Sequence record: OZ374592.1
Direction: 5' to 3' (one strand)
Length of the DNA stretch: 32,000 bases
A model generated the notes under the pieces. The model saw only the letters and a program-made list of their open reading frames with translations. It was not told where the DNA came from and made no database searches. Below, piece after piece: positions 19,643 to 30,480 of the stretch (its first letter is position 1; each line of letters opens with the position of its first letter). A program made the translations under genes and the position numbers.

Positions 19643-20068
19643 TTATTCGTAAGTAGCTTGTCCTGTAAATTTTTTATTGATTGGATTATCGTTTTTGCCT
19701 ATTGAATGTTGAATATTGCCTACTCCTTCACGTCCAGGGTTGACTTTTTCAGGAAAAACACCATCTTTAGGATGTAAATATTGCACTTCACCACTTGGAA
19801 AAATTCGATATATTTTAAAATCAGATATTTTAAAGTTACTTTTTAATTGTGCACTTAATGCTAAGCATTGTTCTTTTTTTGCTAAATACAGTAAGTTATC
19901 TCCTTGTCGCATTATCGCTGCACCACCTGTAGGCATTTCAAAGATTTGTTCTTTCTTACTTGTCCATGTGATAGCATATTTTTCTTCAATTTCAGCAGCT
20001 CTTAACCATCCACCTGTACTACCACCAAATGTTGGTGAAGGCATTTTTAAGTTTATAGTGTTTGTCAT
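19643..20068 (-). CDS. psaD: Photosystem I subunit II (PsaD)
   Basis: 141-aa ORF with [51 protein letters not shown] and [25 protein letters not shown] motifs. Confidence 0.97.
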   Translation of the reverse strand: MTNTINLKMPSPTFGGSTGGWLRAAEIEEKYAITWTSKKEQIFEMPTGGAAIMRQGDNLLYLAKKEQCLALSAQLKSNFKISDFKIYRIFPSGEVQYLHPKDGVFPEKVNPGREGVGNIQHSIGKNDNPINKKFTGQATYE

Positions 20069-20201
20069 TTATTTAATTTAACTATTTATTTAATGTAATA
20101 TATTTTTTATAATAAATTTATTCTACCAGTATATAGCAAAAAAGAAATAAAGCTTCATATTATTGCAATATAGTAATCCAATCAAATGTTTTTATAATAG
20201 T

Positions 20202-21251
20202 TTATCTTATTGTTGAGTCAACGTCTAAAGATTCTATCGGTGGTATTAGATATAATTTAATTAAATTAATGCTCATTTTTATGTATATACGTATTTTGTC
20301 TATTGTTTGTTGTATATTGTGATTTTTTGATTTGTCTATTTCTATTAAAAGTCTATTATTCGCTGCACATTCATCAAGATACTGAAAAAATTCAGGCTTA
20401 TCAATATTTAATGCTATAGGGAAAATTCTAGCTGCATTCTCATTAGTTTTCCTGATAACTTGCATATCATATTGTCTAGCATCTAGCCCTATAGATTTGT
20501 AAAAATCAGCCCGCTGAAAATCATTTAAATACATAGTAGCAAATACACTTAATAAAAAAAATCGACACCATAATTTTGATTCAATGTTATTTAAGAATTG
20601 AGGTTGAGATTTTAATAATGCAGCAAAAAAATCACCATGTCGATTTTCATCTTGGCACCAATTTTCAAAAAATTTAAATATAGGGTAAATACGATGTTCA
20701 GGATGTTTTTCTAAATGTCGATATATCGTAATATATCTCCAATATCCGATTTTTTCTGATAAATATGTTGCATAAAATATAAATTTAGGTGAAAAGAAAG
20801 TATATTTTCTGCTTTTAGTTAGAAAACCTAGATCTAATGATAAGTTAAAATCTCCTATTGCTTTGTTTAAAAAACCAGCATGTCTTGCCTCATCTCGAGA
20901 CATTAATAAAAAGCATTCGGCGACAATAGGATTACTTTTTTGGAGTCTTCTTGATAACTCTTTGTATAATAAAAATCCTGAAAATTCTGCCGTACAAGAT
21001 CTTTCTAAGAACTCGATAAATAATGCTTTAGTTTTTTTATCTAAATCTTTCCAAGATTGTTCAAATTCTTCATCTCTGATAAAATGTTGTCTATTATAAT
21101 CAGCTCTAAATTCTTGCAATACAGCTTCAAATTCTTCCAAGTTTTTAGAAATATCTAATTTAGCCATTTCTTCAAAATTTGTAGTATAAAATCTTGGTGT
21201 AAGCAATGTCTCTTGATTATTTGAATTTTCTGTTTTTATAGTACTTTGCAT
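20202..21251 (-). CDS. acsF: Mg-protoporphyrin IX monomethyl ester oxidative cyclase (AcsF/Ycf59)
   Basis: 349-aa ORF with [10 protein letters not shown] and di-iron ExxH motifs ([20 protein letters not shown]), typical of AcsF/CHL27. Confidence 0.93.
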   Translation of the reverse strand: MQSTIKTENSNNQETLLTPRFYTTNFEEMAKLDISKNLEEFEAVLQEFRADYNRQHFIRDEEFEQSWKDLDKKTKALFIEFLERSCTAEFSGFLLYKELSRRLQKSNPIVAECFLLMSRDEARHAGFLNKAIGDFNLSLDLGFLTKSRKYTFFSPKFIFYATYLSEKIGYWRYITIYRHLEKHPEHRIYPIFKFFENWCQDENRHGDFFAALLKSQPQFLNNIESKLWCRFFLLSVFATMYLNDFQRADFYKSIGLDARQYDMQVIRKTNENAARIFPIALNIDKPEFFQYLDECAANNRLLIEIDKSKNHNIQQTIDKIRIYIKMSINLIKLYLIPPIESLDVDSTIR

Positions 21252-21461
21252 ATTTTATTCATATATTAAGTAAGTTATTAAATTTATACTAACTCTAACT
21301 TTCTTTTTCTTGATAATTAAAACTTAAAAATTTATATTTCTTGATATTACTAGTTTAGAGTTTTATGAAAATATAAATATTATACAATAATAATTTATGA
21401 ATTAAGGTTATTATAATAATGATTATTAATTTTGTAATTATTAAGGTGAGAAAATATATTA

Positions 21462-21551
21462 ATGGATATTATTAGTTTAGGTTGGGGTTCTTTTTTAGCA
21501 GTATTTACGTTTTCAATCGCTCTTGTTGTTTGGGGTAGAAATGGTTTTTAG
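21462..21551 (+). CDS. petN: Cytochrome b6f subunit PetN (Ycf6)
   Basis: Manual translation gives [29 protein letters not shown] (29 aa), the PetN signature (MDI.S..W......FTFS..LVVWGR.G). AAGGTGAG lies upstream. Confidence 0.9.
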   Translation: MDIISLGWGSFLAVFTFSIALVVWGRNGF

Positions 21552-21596
21552 TAATTATTTATAGTGTTGACAAATATTAAATTATGGAGTTAAAAA

Positions 21597-21695
21597 ATGG
21601 ATAGTGAAATTTTAATTACAGGTATTGTCAGTTCAACTTTAATTTTATTTGGTTTAGCTTTAGGCTTTGCTTTATTAAAAATACAAGGCGAGTAA
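21597..21695 (+). CDS. petM: Cytochrome b6f subunit PetM (Ycf31)
   Basis: Manual translation gives MDSEILITGIVSSTLILFGLALGFALLKIQGE (32 aa). It is a single helix with the red-lineage PetM-like ending LGF.LLK.QGE. GGAG lies 8 nt upstream. Confidence 0.75.
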   Translation: MDSEILITGIVSSTLILFGLALGFALLKIQGE

Positions 21696-21800
21696 TTGTT
21701 ATAAGTTTTGATAAATTAAAAATAAAAAGTATGGTAGCATAATATCATATCTTTTCTTTTATTTATTAATAATATTATATTCTCTATTTGCTTATTTAAT

Positions 21801-22007
21801 ATGAAATTATTTTGGTATATTATAAGTTTATTAATTATTATTTTAATATTAATTAATAATCCTAAAGCGACAAATCTAAGTATGTTTGGTAATCAAAGAA
21901 AAATATTAAACTCTACACGTAGCACACAACAAGGATTGCAGGTTTTAATAAGTATTAATATAATGGCATTTTTTCTTTTAATAATATTTTTAGTATTAGG
22001 TTCGTAA
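21801..22007 (+). CDS. secG: Preprotein translocase subunit SecG (Ycf47)
   Basis: 68-aa two-helix ORF with NNPKA...STRSTQQGLQ between the helices, as in plastid and cyanobacterial SecG. Confidence 0.8.
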   Translation: MKLFWYIISLLIIILILINNPKATNLSMFGNQRKILNSTRSTQQGLQVLISINIMAFFLLIIFLVLGS

Positions 22008-22045
22008 ATAAAAATTAAATAAGTAAAATTAATAATTTATTATAT

Positions 22046-22561
22046 ATGACGCTGATTTTATATATGTTTATTTCTAAAGATTTATGCCCTGTACCTTTTG
22101 ATCAACAGCCATTGAATGAATATGCTTCTTTAAAACAGTCATGTTTTTTTTCATGGTCTATCTTGAAGTTTAATCAATACATAAGTACAATTATATTTAT
22201 TTTCTCTTTATTGTCTATTTTTTGTATGCCTTTTGTTTTTTCAATTTTACCTAAAAATACTAGCTGGTATCAATTAGTTTTGATGAATACTTCAATGGTT
22301 ACGTTTATTTTTATGATTATTTTTATTAGATTATATTTAGGATGGTCCTATGTGATTAAAAGATTAGTTAGTGCTACAGTATTCTATGAAGAGTCTGGTT
22401 GGTATGATGGCCAAATTTGGATTAAAACAGTAGAAAGCTTGACTAAAGATCGCTTAGTTGGCTTGTATGAAGTTACACCATTTATAAAAAGGATAAAATA
22501 CAGTTTACTGATATCGATTATTTTATTTAGTTTAGAAAATTTACTTTTTGATTTGCTTTAA
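22046..22561 (+). CDS. ycf36: Ycf36 (DUF1230-type membrane protein)
   Basis: 171-aa ORF with CPVPFDQQPLNEYASLKQSCFFSW, two hydrophobic helices and YEESGWYDGQIW, typical of Ycf36. The true start could be the internal Met7 at 22064. Confidence 0.78.
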   Translation: MTLILYMFISKDLCPVPFDQQPLNEYASLKQSCFFSWSILKFNQYISTIIFIFSLLSIFCMPFVFSILPKNTSWYQLVLMNTSMVTFIFMIIFIRLYLGWSYVIKRLVSATVFYEESGWYDGQIWIKTVESLTKDRLVGLYEVTPFIKRIKYSLLISIILFSLENLLFDLL

Positions 22562-22597
22562 CAGTTGTATTGATATATGATTATATTATTCATTATT

Positions 22598-22671
<74 letters not shown>

Positions 22672-22759
22672 TTATTATGTAAATTTGATTTATAAAAATA
22701 TGTTATATTATTTTATATCATAATTCTATAAAAGTCTTAAAGTTTGTGAGAAAATTTTA

Positions 22760-23359
22760 ATGGAAATTTATAATAAATGTATTAGAGTAGGTCAGTATGC
22801 GCCTAATTTTTCTGCTACTGCAGTATATGACCAAGAATTTAAGGAAATAAAATTGTCTGATTATATTGGGAAGTATGTAATTTTGTTATTTTATCCTTTA
22901 GATTTTACATTTGTTTGTCCTACAGAAATTACTGCTTTTAGCGATGCCTATTCAACAATTCAAAATCTAAATGCAGAAATTTTGGGTATATCGGTTGATA
23001 GTGAATATTCACATTTGGCGTGGTTACAAACAGATCGTGATTCGGGTGGTTTAGGTGATTTAAAGTACCCTTTAGTTTCTGATTTGACTAAAAAAATCAG
23101 TGCTGAATATAATGTTTTAACAGAAAAAGGAACAGCATTAAGAGGTCTTTTTATAATAGATAAAGAAGGTATAATACAGCATACATTGGTTAATAATTTA
23201 GATGTTGGGCGTAATGTGCATGAAACCATAAGAACATTAAAAGCCATTCAATATGTACAAATGAATCCTGATGAAGTATGTCCTGCGAATTGGCAGCCAG
23301 GTAATGCAACTATTATTAGTAATCCTAAAAAATCAAAAGAATATTTTAGTTCTATATAG
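22760..23359 (+). CDS. ycf42: 2-Cys peroxiredoxin (Ycf42, AhpC/BAS1-like)
   Basis: 199-aa ORF with the peroxidatic Cys motif DFTFVCPTE and the resolving Cys motif EVCPANW. Confidence 0.93.
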   Translation: MEIYNKCIRVGQYAPNFSATAVYDQEFKEIKLSDYIGKYVILLFYPLDFTFVCPTEITAFSDAYSTIQNLNAEILGISVDSEYSHLAWLQTDRDSGGLGDLKYPLVSDLTKKISAEYNVLTEKGTALRGLFIIDKEGIIQHTLVNNLDVGRNVHETIRTLKAIQYVQMNPDEVCPANWQPGNATIISNPKKSKEYFSSI

Positions 23360-23511
23360 CATATATTATTTTTTATTTACTTTAAAATTTGTAATATAAT
23401 CATTAATTAGAAAGTTTTATTGTATTTATAAATTTATAAATAAATTTATGTAGTTTTTAACTATGATAATTATAATTGTCTATATGTAATTAATTCATAA
23501 GGAAATAATAT

Positions 23512-24207
23512 ATGTCTACTAATCTAGCTCAACAATTGCGTGAAGGAACAACAAAGTCACATAGTATGGCTGAAAATGTGAGTTTTGTAAAGTCTTTTTT
23601 AGGAGGAGTAGTTGATAAAAAGTCATATCGTAAATTAGTAGCTAATTTATTTTTTGTTTATAGTGCTATTGAAGAAGAAATAGAAAATAATAAAGAAAAT
23701 ATAGCTATTAAGCCTATTCATTTTCCAGAGCTTTATCGTAAAATAAGCTTATGTGAAGATTTAAACTATTATTATGGCCCAAATTGGGCTGAGTGTATTA
23801 GTCCATCAGTAGCTACAAAAAACTATGTTGATAGAATTCATGATATAGGCGAAAATCAGCCAGAATTATTAATTGCTCATGCTTATACTCGTTACATGGG
23901 AGATTTATCAGGTGGACAAATTTTGAAAAAAATAGCACAGAATGCAATGCAGTTATCCGGGACACAAGGAACAGCATTTTATAATTTTGATGCTATAAAT
24001 GATGATAAAGTGTTTAAAAAAGTATATCGTGATGCATTAGATAATGTTCCTATTAATGAAAAGCAAATAGATCAAATTATAGCTGAAGCTAATGTAGCTT
24101 TTAATTTAAATATGCGTATGTTCCAAGAATTAAACTCTAACTTAATTAAAATAATGATTATGCTTTTATTTAGTACAGTGAATAATTTACGTAAAAAACT
24201 AACTTAA
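23512..24207 (+). CDS. pbsA: Heme oxygenase
   Basis: 231-aa ORF with LREGTTKSHSMAEN and AHAYTRYMGDLSGGQILKKIA, the heme oxygenase signature. AAGGAA lies upstream. Confidence 0.93.
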   Translation: MSTNLAQQLREGTTKSHSMAENVSFVKSFLGGVVDKKSYRKLVANLFFVYSAIEEEIENNKENIAIKPIHFPELYRKISLCEDLNYYYGPNWAECISPSVATKNYVDRIHDIGENQPELLIAHAYTRYMGDLSGGQILKKIAQNAMQLSGTQGTAFYNFDAINDDKVFKKVYRDALDNVPINEKQIDQIIAEANVAFNLNMRMFQELNSNLIKIMIMLLFSTVNNLRKKLT

Positions 24208-24281
24208 TCGTCCAGATAAAAAAGATTTTTTTATACTGCATAAACTTATATCAATATTTATTAATTCAATTATTATATTTT

Positions 24282-24482
24282 ATGAATAAATTAAAAATAT
24301 CTAAATCCGTAAAAAAAAGATATAAAATTACGTCTACAATGAAGATATTAAGACATAGAGCATCGCGAAGTCATTTATTGCAAAAAAAGACATCAAAGCG
24401 TAAACAGAGTTTAAGAAAGTTAGTACATGTAAGTTCAAAAGATATTAGTAATTTGAAACAAAAAATCTCATATCTAATTTAA
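24282..24482 (+). CDS. rpl35: 50S ribosomal protein L35
   Basis: 66-aa, very basic ORF (K.SKSVKKRYKITSTMKILRHRASRSHLLQKK), immediately upstream of rpl20 as in the infC-rpmI-rplT arrangement. Confidence 0.88.
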   Translation: MNKLKISKSVKKRYKITSTMKILRHRASRSHLLQKKTSKRKQSLRKLVHVSSKDISNLKQKISYLI

Positions 24483-24570
24483 TAAATCTCTGATAAATTT
24501 TTAGTTTTTTATTATGTTAATATGATTATTCACAATATTTATCTATAATTATAAAAAGTTTTTATTATTT

Positions 24571-24915
24571 ATGACTCGTGTTAAAAGAGGTAATGTCGCA
24601 CGTAAAAGAAGAAAATATATTTTAAAATTAGCAAAAGGATTTAGAGGATCTCATTCGAAGCTATTTAGTACAGCGAAGCAGCAAGTGTTTAAATCTCTGA
24701 GATATTCTTATATTGGTAGAAAAAATAAAAAACGTAGTTATAGACGTTTATGGATTACACGTATTAATGCTGCTGTATATCCATTTGGAATTAACTATAA
24801 TCAATTTATTAAGGGTCTTAAAGAATCTCAAGTAGGTTTAAACCGCAAAATGTTATGTCAATTAGCTGTTATGGATAATGAAGTCTTTAATAAAATTGTA
24901 AAGTTGACATTATGA
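24571..24915 (+). CDS. rpl20: 50S ribosomal protein L20
   Basis: 114-aa [32 protein letters not shown]...[11 protein letters not shown], canonical for L20. Confidence 0.96.
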   Translation: MTRVKRGNVARKRRKYILKLAKGFRGSHSKLFSTAKQQVFKSLRYSYIGRKNKKRSYRRLWITRINAAVYPFGINYNQFIKGLKESQVGLNRKMLCQLAVMDNEVFNKIVKLTL

Positions 24916-24921
24916 TGAATG

Positions 24922-24971
24922 ATTTCAAGAACACAATTACTATTATATTTAATTTTTTGTGTACTTGAAAT
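24922..24971. terminator. 14-bp stem-loop (one A x A mismatch) between convergent rpl20 and preA
   Basis: atttcaagaacaca (24922..24935) pairs with tgtgtacttgaaat (24958..24971) around a 22-nt loop. It starts 7 nt after the rpl20 TGA and ends 15 nt before the preA stop codon. Confidence 0.45.
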
Positions 24972-24986
24972 ATCATATTATAATAA

Positions 24987-25958
24987 TTAATTAATTCTAT
25001 TGAGAATATAGTTACTAATTAATTTTAAAGTTTGGCTAGCTTCAGAATTGTTTTGATTATTTAATGCTTTTAATGCAGCTTGAACATGTTCTGTAGCTAA
25101 GTCTATAGCTTTTTCTATACCATTGGTTTGTTTTATCATTGTTATAGCTTTTTGAATATCACCTTTGTTGTCAAATTCTCTATTAATTAAATCGTATAGT
25201 CCTCGTTGTTCTTCAATTGCAAAAAGAATGGGTGATGTGAGATTACCATTTTTCAAGTCTGAACCAATAGGTTTTCCTAGAGATTTGTCAGACCCTATAA
25301 TATCCAAGATATCATCAATAATTTGAAATGCTAAACCCAAATGTTTACCATATAGATATAAATTATTTTGTGTTATTTCATTACAATTACTCAGCATTGT
25401 TGCTCCTTTGCAGCTTGCAGCTATTAAAGATGCTGTTTTGTAGAATGATTTTTCTACATAATCATCTATTGAAATTTTAGTATCAAAGTTTGTTAGCCCT
25501 TGTCTAACTTCACCTTCTGCAAAGTCAGTAATTACTTTAGATATTGTTTTGACAACGTCTAAATTATTGAGATTAGCTAAATACCAAGATGATTGTGCAA
25601 AGAGGAAGTCTCCAGCTAGTACAGCTACTTTTGTACTAAAAGCATTATGAACAGTATTCACACCTCTTCTTGTTTGACATTCGTCTATTACATCATCGTG
25701 TACGAGGCTTGCTGTATGTATGATTTCTGTGATTTCGGCTAACCTCCTATGTTCAGGTAATATATTTAAATCATTGATGGTTGATTGTGCTACTAATAAA
25801 ACAATTGCAGGTCTGATTCTCTTGCCCCCAGCATGAAAAAGGTGTTCAGCAGCAGCATATAATATAGGATGTTTAGCTCCTATCATTTTTTTTAAATTAT
25901 TGTCTAATAATAATAGATCGTGATTAATAGTATCAAATATGTTTGCTGATATAGTCAT
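24987..25958 (-). CDS. preA: Polyprenyl diphosphate synthase (prenyl transferase)
   Basis: 323-aa ORF with the two aspartate-rich motifs LVHDDVIDE and FQIIDDILD, plus GKRIRP. Confidence 0.93.
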   Translation of the reverse strand: MTISANIFDTINHDLLLLDNNLKKMIGAKHPILYAAAEHLFHAGGKRIRPAIVLLVAQSTINDLNILPEHRRLAEITEIIHTASLVHDDVIDECQTRRGVNTVHNAFSTKVAVLAGDFLFAQSSWYLANLNNLDVVKTISKVITDFAEGEVRQGLTNFDTKISIDDYVEKSFYKTASLIAASCKGATMLSNCNEITQNNLYLYGKHLGLAFQIIDDILDIIGSDKSLGKPIGSDLKNGNLTSPILFAIEEQRGLYDLINREFDNKGDIQKAITMIKQTNGIEKAIDLATEHVQAALKALNNQNNSEASQTLKLISNYILNRIN

Positions 25959-26221
25959 ATAGTAATTTGTATGTTAAAGTCAACACAGTATTATAACTTA
26001 TAATCAATAATTATATAGGCATCTTTTTTATGAATGATTTATATTATTATGTTTACATATATTTTATAGCTTATTTATGACGTCTTAAAGTTATTATACT
26101 ATAAATTTTTTATATACATTATATGTTTGGGTTTTGTCTTTCTTTCTGAATTTGGTCAGATAAACAAATAAATAGTTATATTTCATCTAATATTTAGAGT
26201 TTAGGAGATAATAAAATCGTT

Positions 26222-27253
26222 ATGAGTGATAATATAATTTTGCCATCAACATTATCTGATACATATAATGTTGACAATGAAACTATGCTGAAATTATATG
26301 AAGATATGCTTTTGGGCCGTAATTTTGAAGATATGTGTGCACAAATGTATTACCGTGGTAAAATGTTTGGTTTTGTTCATTTGTACAATGGTCAAGAAGC
26401 TGTTTCTACAGGTGTAATTAAGGCTTTAAATGATTCAGACTATGTATGCAGTACTTATCGGGATCATGTACATGCTTTAAGTAAAGGTGTTCCAGCTCGT
26501 TTAGTTATGGCGGAATTATTTGGTAAAGAAACAGGCTGTAGTCATGGTAGAGGTGGTTCTATGCATATCTTTTCAGCTCCACATAATTTTTTAGGTGGTT
26601 TTGCATTTATAGGTGAGGGTATACCAGTTGCTACAGGTGCTGCTTTTCAAAGCATATATAGACATCAGGTTTTACAAGATGCTCAAAATTTATCTGTTAC
26701 AGTTTGTTTTTTTGGTGATGGTACTAGCAATAATGGTCAATTTTTTGAATGCTTAAATATGGCCGTATTATGGAAATTACCTATTATTTTTGTTGTTGAA
26801 AATAATCAATGGGCTATTGGTATGGCTCATAATAGATCTAGTTCTTCTCCTGAAATATATAAAAAAGCAAAAGCCTTTGGTTTACCGGGTGTAGAGGTTG
26901 ATGGAATGGATGTTCTTGCTGTTAGAGAAGTCAGTAATACAGCTATTAATAGAGCTAGAGCAGGCGAAGGACCGACTTTGATTGAAGCATTAACTTATCG
27001 TTTCCGTGGTCATTCTTTAGCTGATCCTGATGAATTACGTTCACGTAAAGAAAAAGAAGCATGGCTTGCACGTGACCCTATTCAATTATTTAAGAATTAT
27101 TTAGTATTTAATGGATTTACAACTGAAGATATTTTAGATGAAATTCAAAATAAAATTAAGAGTCATATAGATGATGCTATTGAATTTGCTTTATCAAGTC
27201 CTGAACCTGAACTTAAAGATTTGAAACGTTATTTATTTGCTGAAGATCGATAA
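26222..27253 (+). CDS. odpA: Pyruvate dehydrogenase E1 alpha subunit
   Basis: 343-aa ORF with the TPP-binding region [37 protein letters not shown] and [17 protein letters not shown] lies upstream. Confidence 0.95.
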   Translation: MSDNIILPSTLSDTYNVDNETMLKLYEDMLLGRNFEDMCAQMYYRGKMFGFVHLYNGQEAVSTGVIKALNDSDYVCSTYRDHVHALSKGVPARLVMAELFGKETGCSHGRGGSMHIFSAPHNFLGGFAFIGEGIPVATGAAFQSIYRHQVLQDAQNLSVTVCFFGDGTSNNGQFFECLNMAVLWKLPIIFVVENNQWAIGMAHNRSSSSPEIYKKAKAFGLPGVEVDGMDVLAVREVSNTAINRARAGEGPTLIEALTYRFRGHSLADPDELRSRKEKEAWLARDPIQLFKNYLVFNGFTTEDILDEIQNKIKSHIDDAIEFALSSPEPELKDLKRYLFAEDR

Positions 27254-27324
27254 AATTAGCTCTATTTTATTTATACATGTTTCTACATATAAATATTTAT
27301 AAAAATTTTAATTTATTAAATATT

Positions 27325-28311
27325 ATGTCCAAAGTTTTTATGTTTGATGCTCTGAGAGAAGCTACAGATGAAGAAATGGCAAAAGATGCCTCTGTTTTTG
27401 TATTGGGTGAGGATGTTGGTCATTATGGTGGTTCATATAAAGTAACGAAGGATTTACATGCTAAATATGGAGACCTAAGAGTTTTAGATACTCCGATAGC
27501 TGAAAATAGTTTTATGGGAATGGCAATAGGAGCTGCTATTACAGGATTAAGGCCTATTGTTGAAGGAATGAATATGAGCTTCTTGTTACTTGCTTTTAAT
27601 CAGATTTCTAATAATGCTGGGATGTTACGTTATACATCAGGAGGTAATTTTAATATACCATTAGTAATTCGCGGTCCAGGAGGTGTTGGTAGGCAGTTAG
27701 GTGCAGAGCATTCTCAAAGACTAGAAGCATATTTTCAGGCTATACCGGGCCTGAAAATTGTTGCATGTTCTACACCCTATAATGCTAAAGGTTTATTAAA
27801 ATCAGCTATTAGAGATGATAATCCTGTAATTTTTTTTGAACATGTTTTATTATATAATTTAAAAGAAGATTTACCAGCATCTGAATATTTTTTACCTTTA
27901 GATAAAGCAGAAGTTGTGAGAGAAGGAACACAAGTTACTATTGTCACATATTCCAGGATGCGTCATCATGTAGTTCAAGCTGTAAATATGTTATCAGAAG
28001 AAGGCTATGATCCTGAGATAATTGATTTAATTTCTTTAAAGCCTATAGATATTAATACTATAAGTACATCATTAACTAAGACACACAAGTTATTGATTGT
28101 GGAAGAATGCATGAAAACAGGTGGTATTGCTGCAGAAATTATAGCCCAAATTAATGATAATTGGTTTGACTTGTTGGATGCTCCTATTGTACGTTTGTCT
28201 TCTCAAGATATACCAACTCCTTATAATGGTAATCTTGAAAAAGCAACAGTTATACACCCGGATCAAATTATAGAATCTGTGAGGACTTTAATTAATATAG
28301 AAAATAATTAG
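27325..28311 (+). CDS. odpB: Pyruvate dehydrogenase E1 beta subunit
   Basis: The ORF track starts at 27277. I prefer the ATG at 27325 ([18 protein letters not shown]...), which matches the usual E1-beta N-terminus. The 16 upstream codons are AT-rich filler. It contains [26 protein letters not shown]. Confidence 0.94.
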   Translation: MSKVFMFDALREATDEEMAKDASVFVLGEDVGHYGGSYKVTKDLHAKYGDLRVLDTPIAENSFMGMAIGAAITGLRPIVEGMNMSFLLLAFNQISNNAGMLRYTSGGNFNIPLVIRGPGGVGRQLGAEHSQRLEAYFQAIPGLKIVACSTPYNAKGLLKSAIRDDNPVIFFEHVLLYNLKEDLPASEYFLPLDKAEVVREGTQVTIVTYSRMRHHVVQAVNMLSEEGYDPEIIDLISLKPIDINTISTSLTKTHKLLIVEECMKTGGIAAEIIAQINDNWFDLLDAPIVRLSSQDIPTPYNGNLEKATVIHPDQIIESVRTLINIENN

Positions 28312-28328
28312 ATATACAATATTTCAAA

Positions 28329-28358
28329 TAATAAGTAAACTCAAATGTTTACTTATTA
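28329..28358. terminator. Perfect 12-bp stem-loop between convergent odpB and petA
   Basis: taataagtaaac (28329..28340) pairs with gtttacttatta (28347..28358) around a 6-nt loop. It sits in the 78-bp convergent spacer. Confidence 0.55.
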
Positions 28359-28389
28359 ATATAGAAATGAGGAGTGTATTACTCTTCAA

Positions 28390-29352
28390 TTAAAAATTCA
28401 TTTCTGCAGCCTGTACTTTTTCCCATTGTTTTTTCTTTAATACAAAGAAAATTTGTGCTAATGTTACAGCAAAGAAAAATGCTATCATTCCTTTAATTCT
28501 TGTAGGGCTCTGTAAAACAATTTCAGTTTCATTTTGTCCAAATCCACCTGTGTTAGGATCGTTAGTCAGTACTTGATTTAATATTATCTTATCCCCTTCT
28601 TTTATATTTAATTTTAAGCCAGCAGGTATATTTTCAGTAGCTATTTCTCCATTTTTTTGTTGTATGTCTATTTTATAGCCTTGCTGATCAATGTTTTCTA
28701 TTTTAACAATTGTACCTGTATGCAAAGCAACTATGGGATTATTATTAGATTTATCACCTGCAGGATAAATTTGTCCTCTGCCTCTATTACCTCCAACATA
28801 AATAGGATATTTTAAAAAATGTATATTTTTATTCGTACTAGGATCAGGCGATAATATAGGGAAAATAATTTCTTTATCTTTATTGCCAGGTATAGGTCCT
28901 ACAATTAAAATATTCTCTTTAGAAGTACTGTATGGTTGAATATATGTACCTTTTGTTTTCTCTTTGATTTCCTTTGGAATTAAATTCTTTGGAGCTAATT
29001 TGAATCCTTCAGGAAGAATTAGTACTGCTCCCATGTTTAAAGATCCGCTTTTACCATTCCCAAGTATTTGCGTAGTACTATTGTCATAAGGTATTTTTAC
29101 TGTAGTTTCAAAGACTGTATTAGGTAAAACTGATTGAGGAGTTTCAATTTGTACAGGTTTTTGGGCCAGGTGACAGTTAGCGCATACTATACGACCTGTT
29201 GCTTCTCTAGGATCCTCGTATCCTTGTTGTGCATATAGAGGAAATGCATTTACCTTTAAATTATAAATGAAATTAATACATATAATACTTAGTGATACGT
29301 ATATAAACACTTTTAATGATTTGATCAAATATTTGCAATTTCTTAAGTTCAT
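28390..29352 (-). CDS. petA: Cytochrome f (apocytochrome f precursor)
   Basis: 320-aa ORF with a hydrophobic signal peptide ending VNA, followed by [27 protein letters not shown] (the CxxCH heme site). A C-terminal membrane anchor is present. Confidence 0.97.
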   Translation of the reverse strand: MNLRNCKYLIKSLKVFIYVSLSIICINFIYNLKVNAFPLYAQQGYEDPREATGRIVCANCHLAQKPVQIETPQSVLPNTVFETTVKIPYDNSTTQILGNGKSGSLNMGAVLILPEGFKLAPKNLIPKEIKEKTKGTYIQPYSTSKENILIVGPIPGNKDKEIIFPILSPDPSTNKNIHFLKYPIYVGGNRGRGQIYPAGDKSNNNPIVALHTGTIVKIENIDQQGYKIDIQQKNGEIATENIPAGLKLNIKEGDKIILNQVLTNDPNTGGFGQNETEIVLQSPTRIKGMIAFFFAVTLAQIFFVLKKKQWEKVQAAEMNF

Positions 29353-29489
29353 ATGGTTTTATATTTTAAATATGTTTTTTGATTTATATCTCTTGTTTAT
29401 AATATTAATAATAACATTCTATATTTATTATTATTAATAAATATATTTTCTTGCCGTATTTATCTGAGTCAATTTAAAGATTTAATTAG

Positions 29490-30206
29490 CTATTTTTTGA
29501 TACTTTTTAATACAATGATTCCTCCAAAATAAAGACTTAATATTGCTAATGACATAAATATTTGTGTTACAGGATCGGTAGAAGGTGTTAAAATAGCTGC
29601 TATTATAGTGGAGATAAAAATTATATATTTCCAGTATGAAAGCATTGTATCTGAAGAAAAAATATTAAGTACACCCAATATGATTTGAAGAACAGGTATT
29701 TGAAATGCAATTCCAGTACTAAACAGTAGTAATAGTATAAAGTTAAAGTATTCTTCAAATGACCATATGGGTTCTACAATATCTGCGCCATATTTCATAA
29801 AAAATGATAAAGCAGCTGGTGCTAAAATTTTGTAAGAAAATAAGATTCCTGTAAAAAATAATATAACTGATGAAATTAATGTAGGTATTAAAAAGTTGGT
29901 TTCTTTTTTTGTTAGTCCAGGTATAATAAATAACATGATTTGGTAAATAGTAAATGGGCTGGTTATGATGCAACCTGTGTATAAAGAGACTTTTATTGAA
30001 GCAAAAAAATACTCACCAGGAGCTAGTTGTAAAAATTTAATACCTATCGCAGGTTGCTGTAATAAATAAGAAATATTTTTACTATATATAAAGCAAATAA
30101 TTGTAATTATACAGAATGCAATAAAAGCGGTAAACATTCTTCCCCTCAGTTCTTCTAAATGCTCTAATATAGACATTTCTGATTTATTATTCAACTGTTT
30201 AGTCAT
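29490..30206 (-). CDS. tatC: Sec-independent (Tat) translocase subunit TatC (Ycf43)
   Basis: 238-aa polytopic ORF with MSILEHLEELRGR, GL...E and PSTDP motifs, characteristic of TatC. Confidence 0.92.
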   Translation of the reverse strand: MTKQLNNKSEMSILEHLEELRGRMFTAFIAFCIITIICFIYSKNISYLLQQPAIGIKFLQLAPGEYFFASIKVSLYTGCIITSPFTIYQIMLFIIPGLTKKETNFLIPTLISSVILFFTGILFSYKILAPAALSFFMKYGADIVEPIWSFEEYFNFILLLLFSTGIAFQIPVLQIILGVLNIFSSDTMLSYWKYIIFISTIIAAILTPSTDPVTQIFMSLAILSLYFGGIIVLKSIKK

Positions 30207-30401
30207 ATTTATAATTTTGGTGTATAAAACGATATTTGATGTATGATCAATTTTTGGTTTATTATCATATATTAATAAATTATTAAATAAAATGAATAGA
30301 ATATTGTATTTTTTTAAGTATTACAAAATCTATATTTATTCAAGGTAGTTCTACTTTTATCTATATTATAGAAGTAGGTATTTGCATAATACGAAAATTG
30401 T

Positions 30402-30431
30402 TTCACAATGATTAAAGTTTTTCTTTATAAT
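30402..30431 (+). promoter_or_regulatory. Candidate sigma70-type promoter for apcE (TTCACA-N18-TATAAT)
   Basis: The -35-like TTCACA (30402..30407) and a perfect TATAAT (30426..30431) lie about 110 nt upstream of the apcE ATG. Chance matches are likely in AT-rich spacer DNA. Confidence 0.25.
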
Positions 30432-30480
30432 ATTAAATTAAAATAATAACAGAAAAAATTTAGTCCTAGATATTGTAACC

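Noticed and set aside
19716-20081. 121-codon + strand ORF overlapping psaD.
   Set aside because: It is antisense to the conserved psaD frame and is a shadow ORF.
20863-21099. 78-codon + strand ORF inside acsF.
   Set aside because: It is antisense to acsF, with no motifs.
22960-23247. 95-codon - strand ORF inside ycf42.
   Set aside because: It is antisense to the conserved peroxiredoxin frame.
25959-26221. Larger spacers (also 10635..10952, 17263..17451, 21252..21461 and 30207..30480) examined for plastid ncRNA genes (ffs, rnpB, ssrA), extra tRNAs or small ORFs.
   Set aside because: I could see no cloverleaf, conserved SRP or RNase P motif, or ORF longer than about 16 codons. These spacers are best explained as divergent promoter regions. 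A covariance-model scan would be needed to exclude ncRNAs formally.
27277-27324. 16-codon N-terminal extension of odpB in the ORF track ([16 protein letters not shown]).
   Set aside because: It is AT-rich filler immediately after the odpA stop. The conserved E1-beta N-terminus starts at the ATG at 27325.
29404-29438. 11-bp inverted repeat (attaataataa / ttattattaat) in the tatC-petA spacer.
   Set aside because: The stem is entirely A/T and embedded in TTA/TAA-type low-complexity sequence. It would be weak thermodynamically and is expected by chance.
29755-29973. 72-codon - strand ORF inside tatC, in an alternative frame.
   Set aside because: It is out of frame with the conserved TatC reading frame on the same strand, and its translation is low-complexity.
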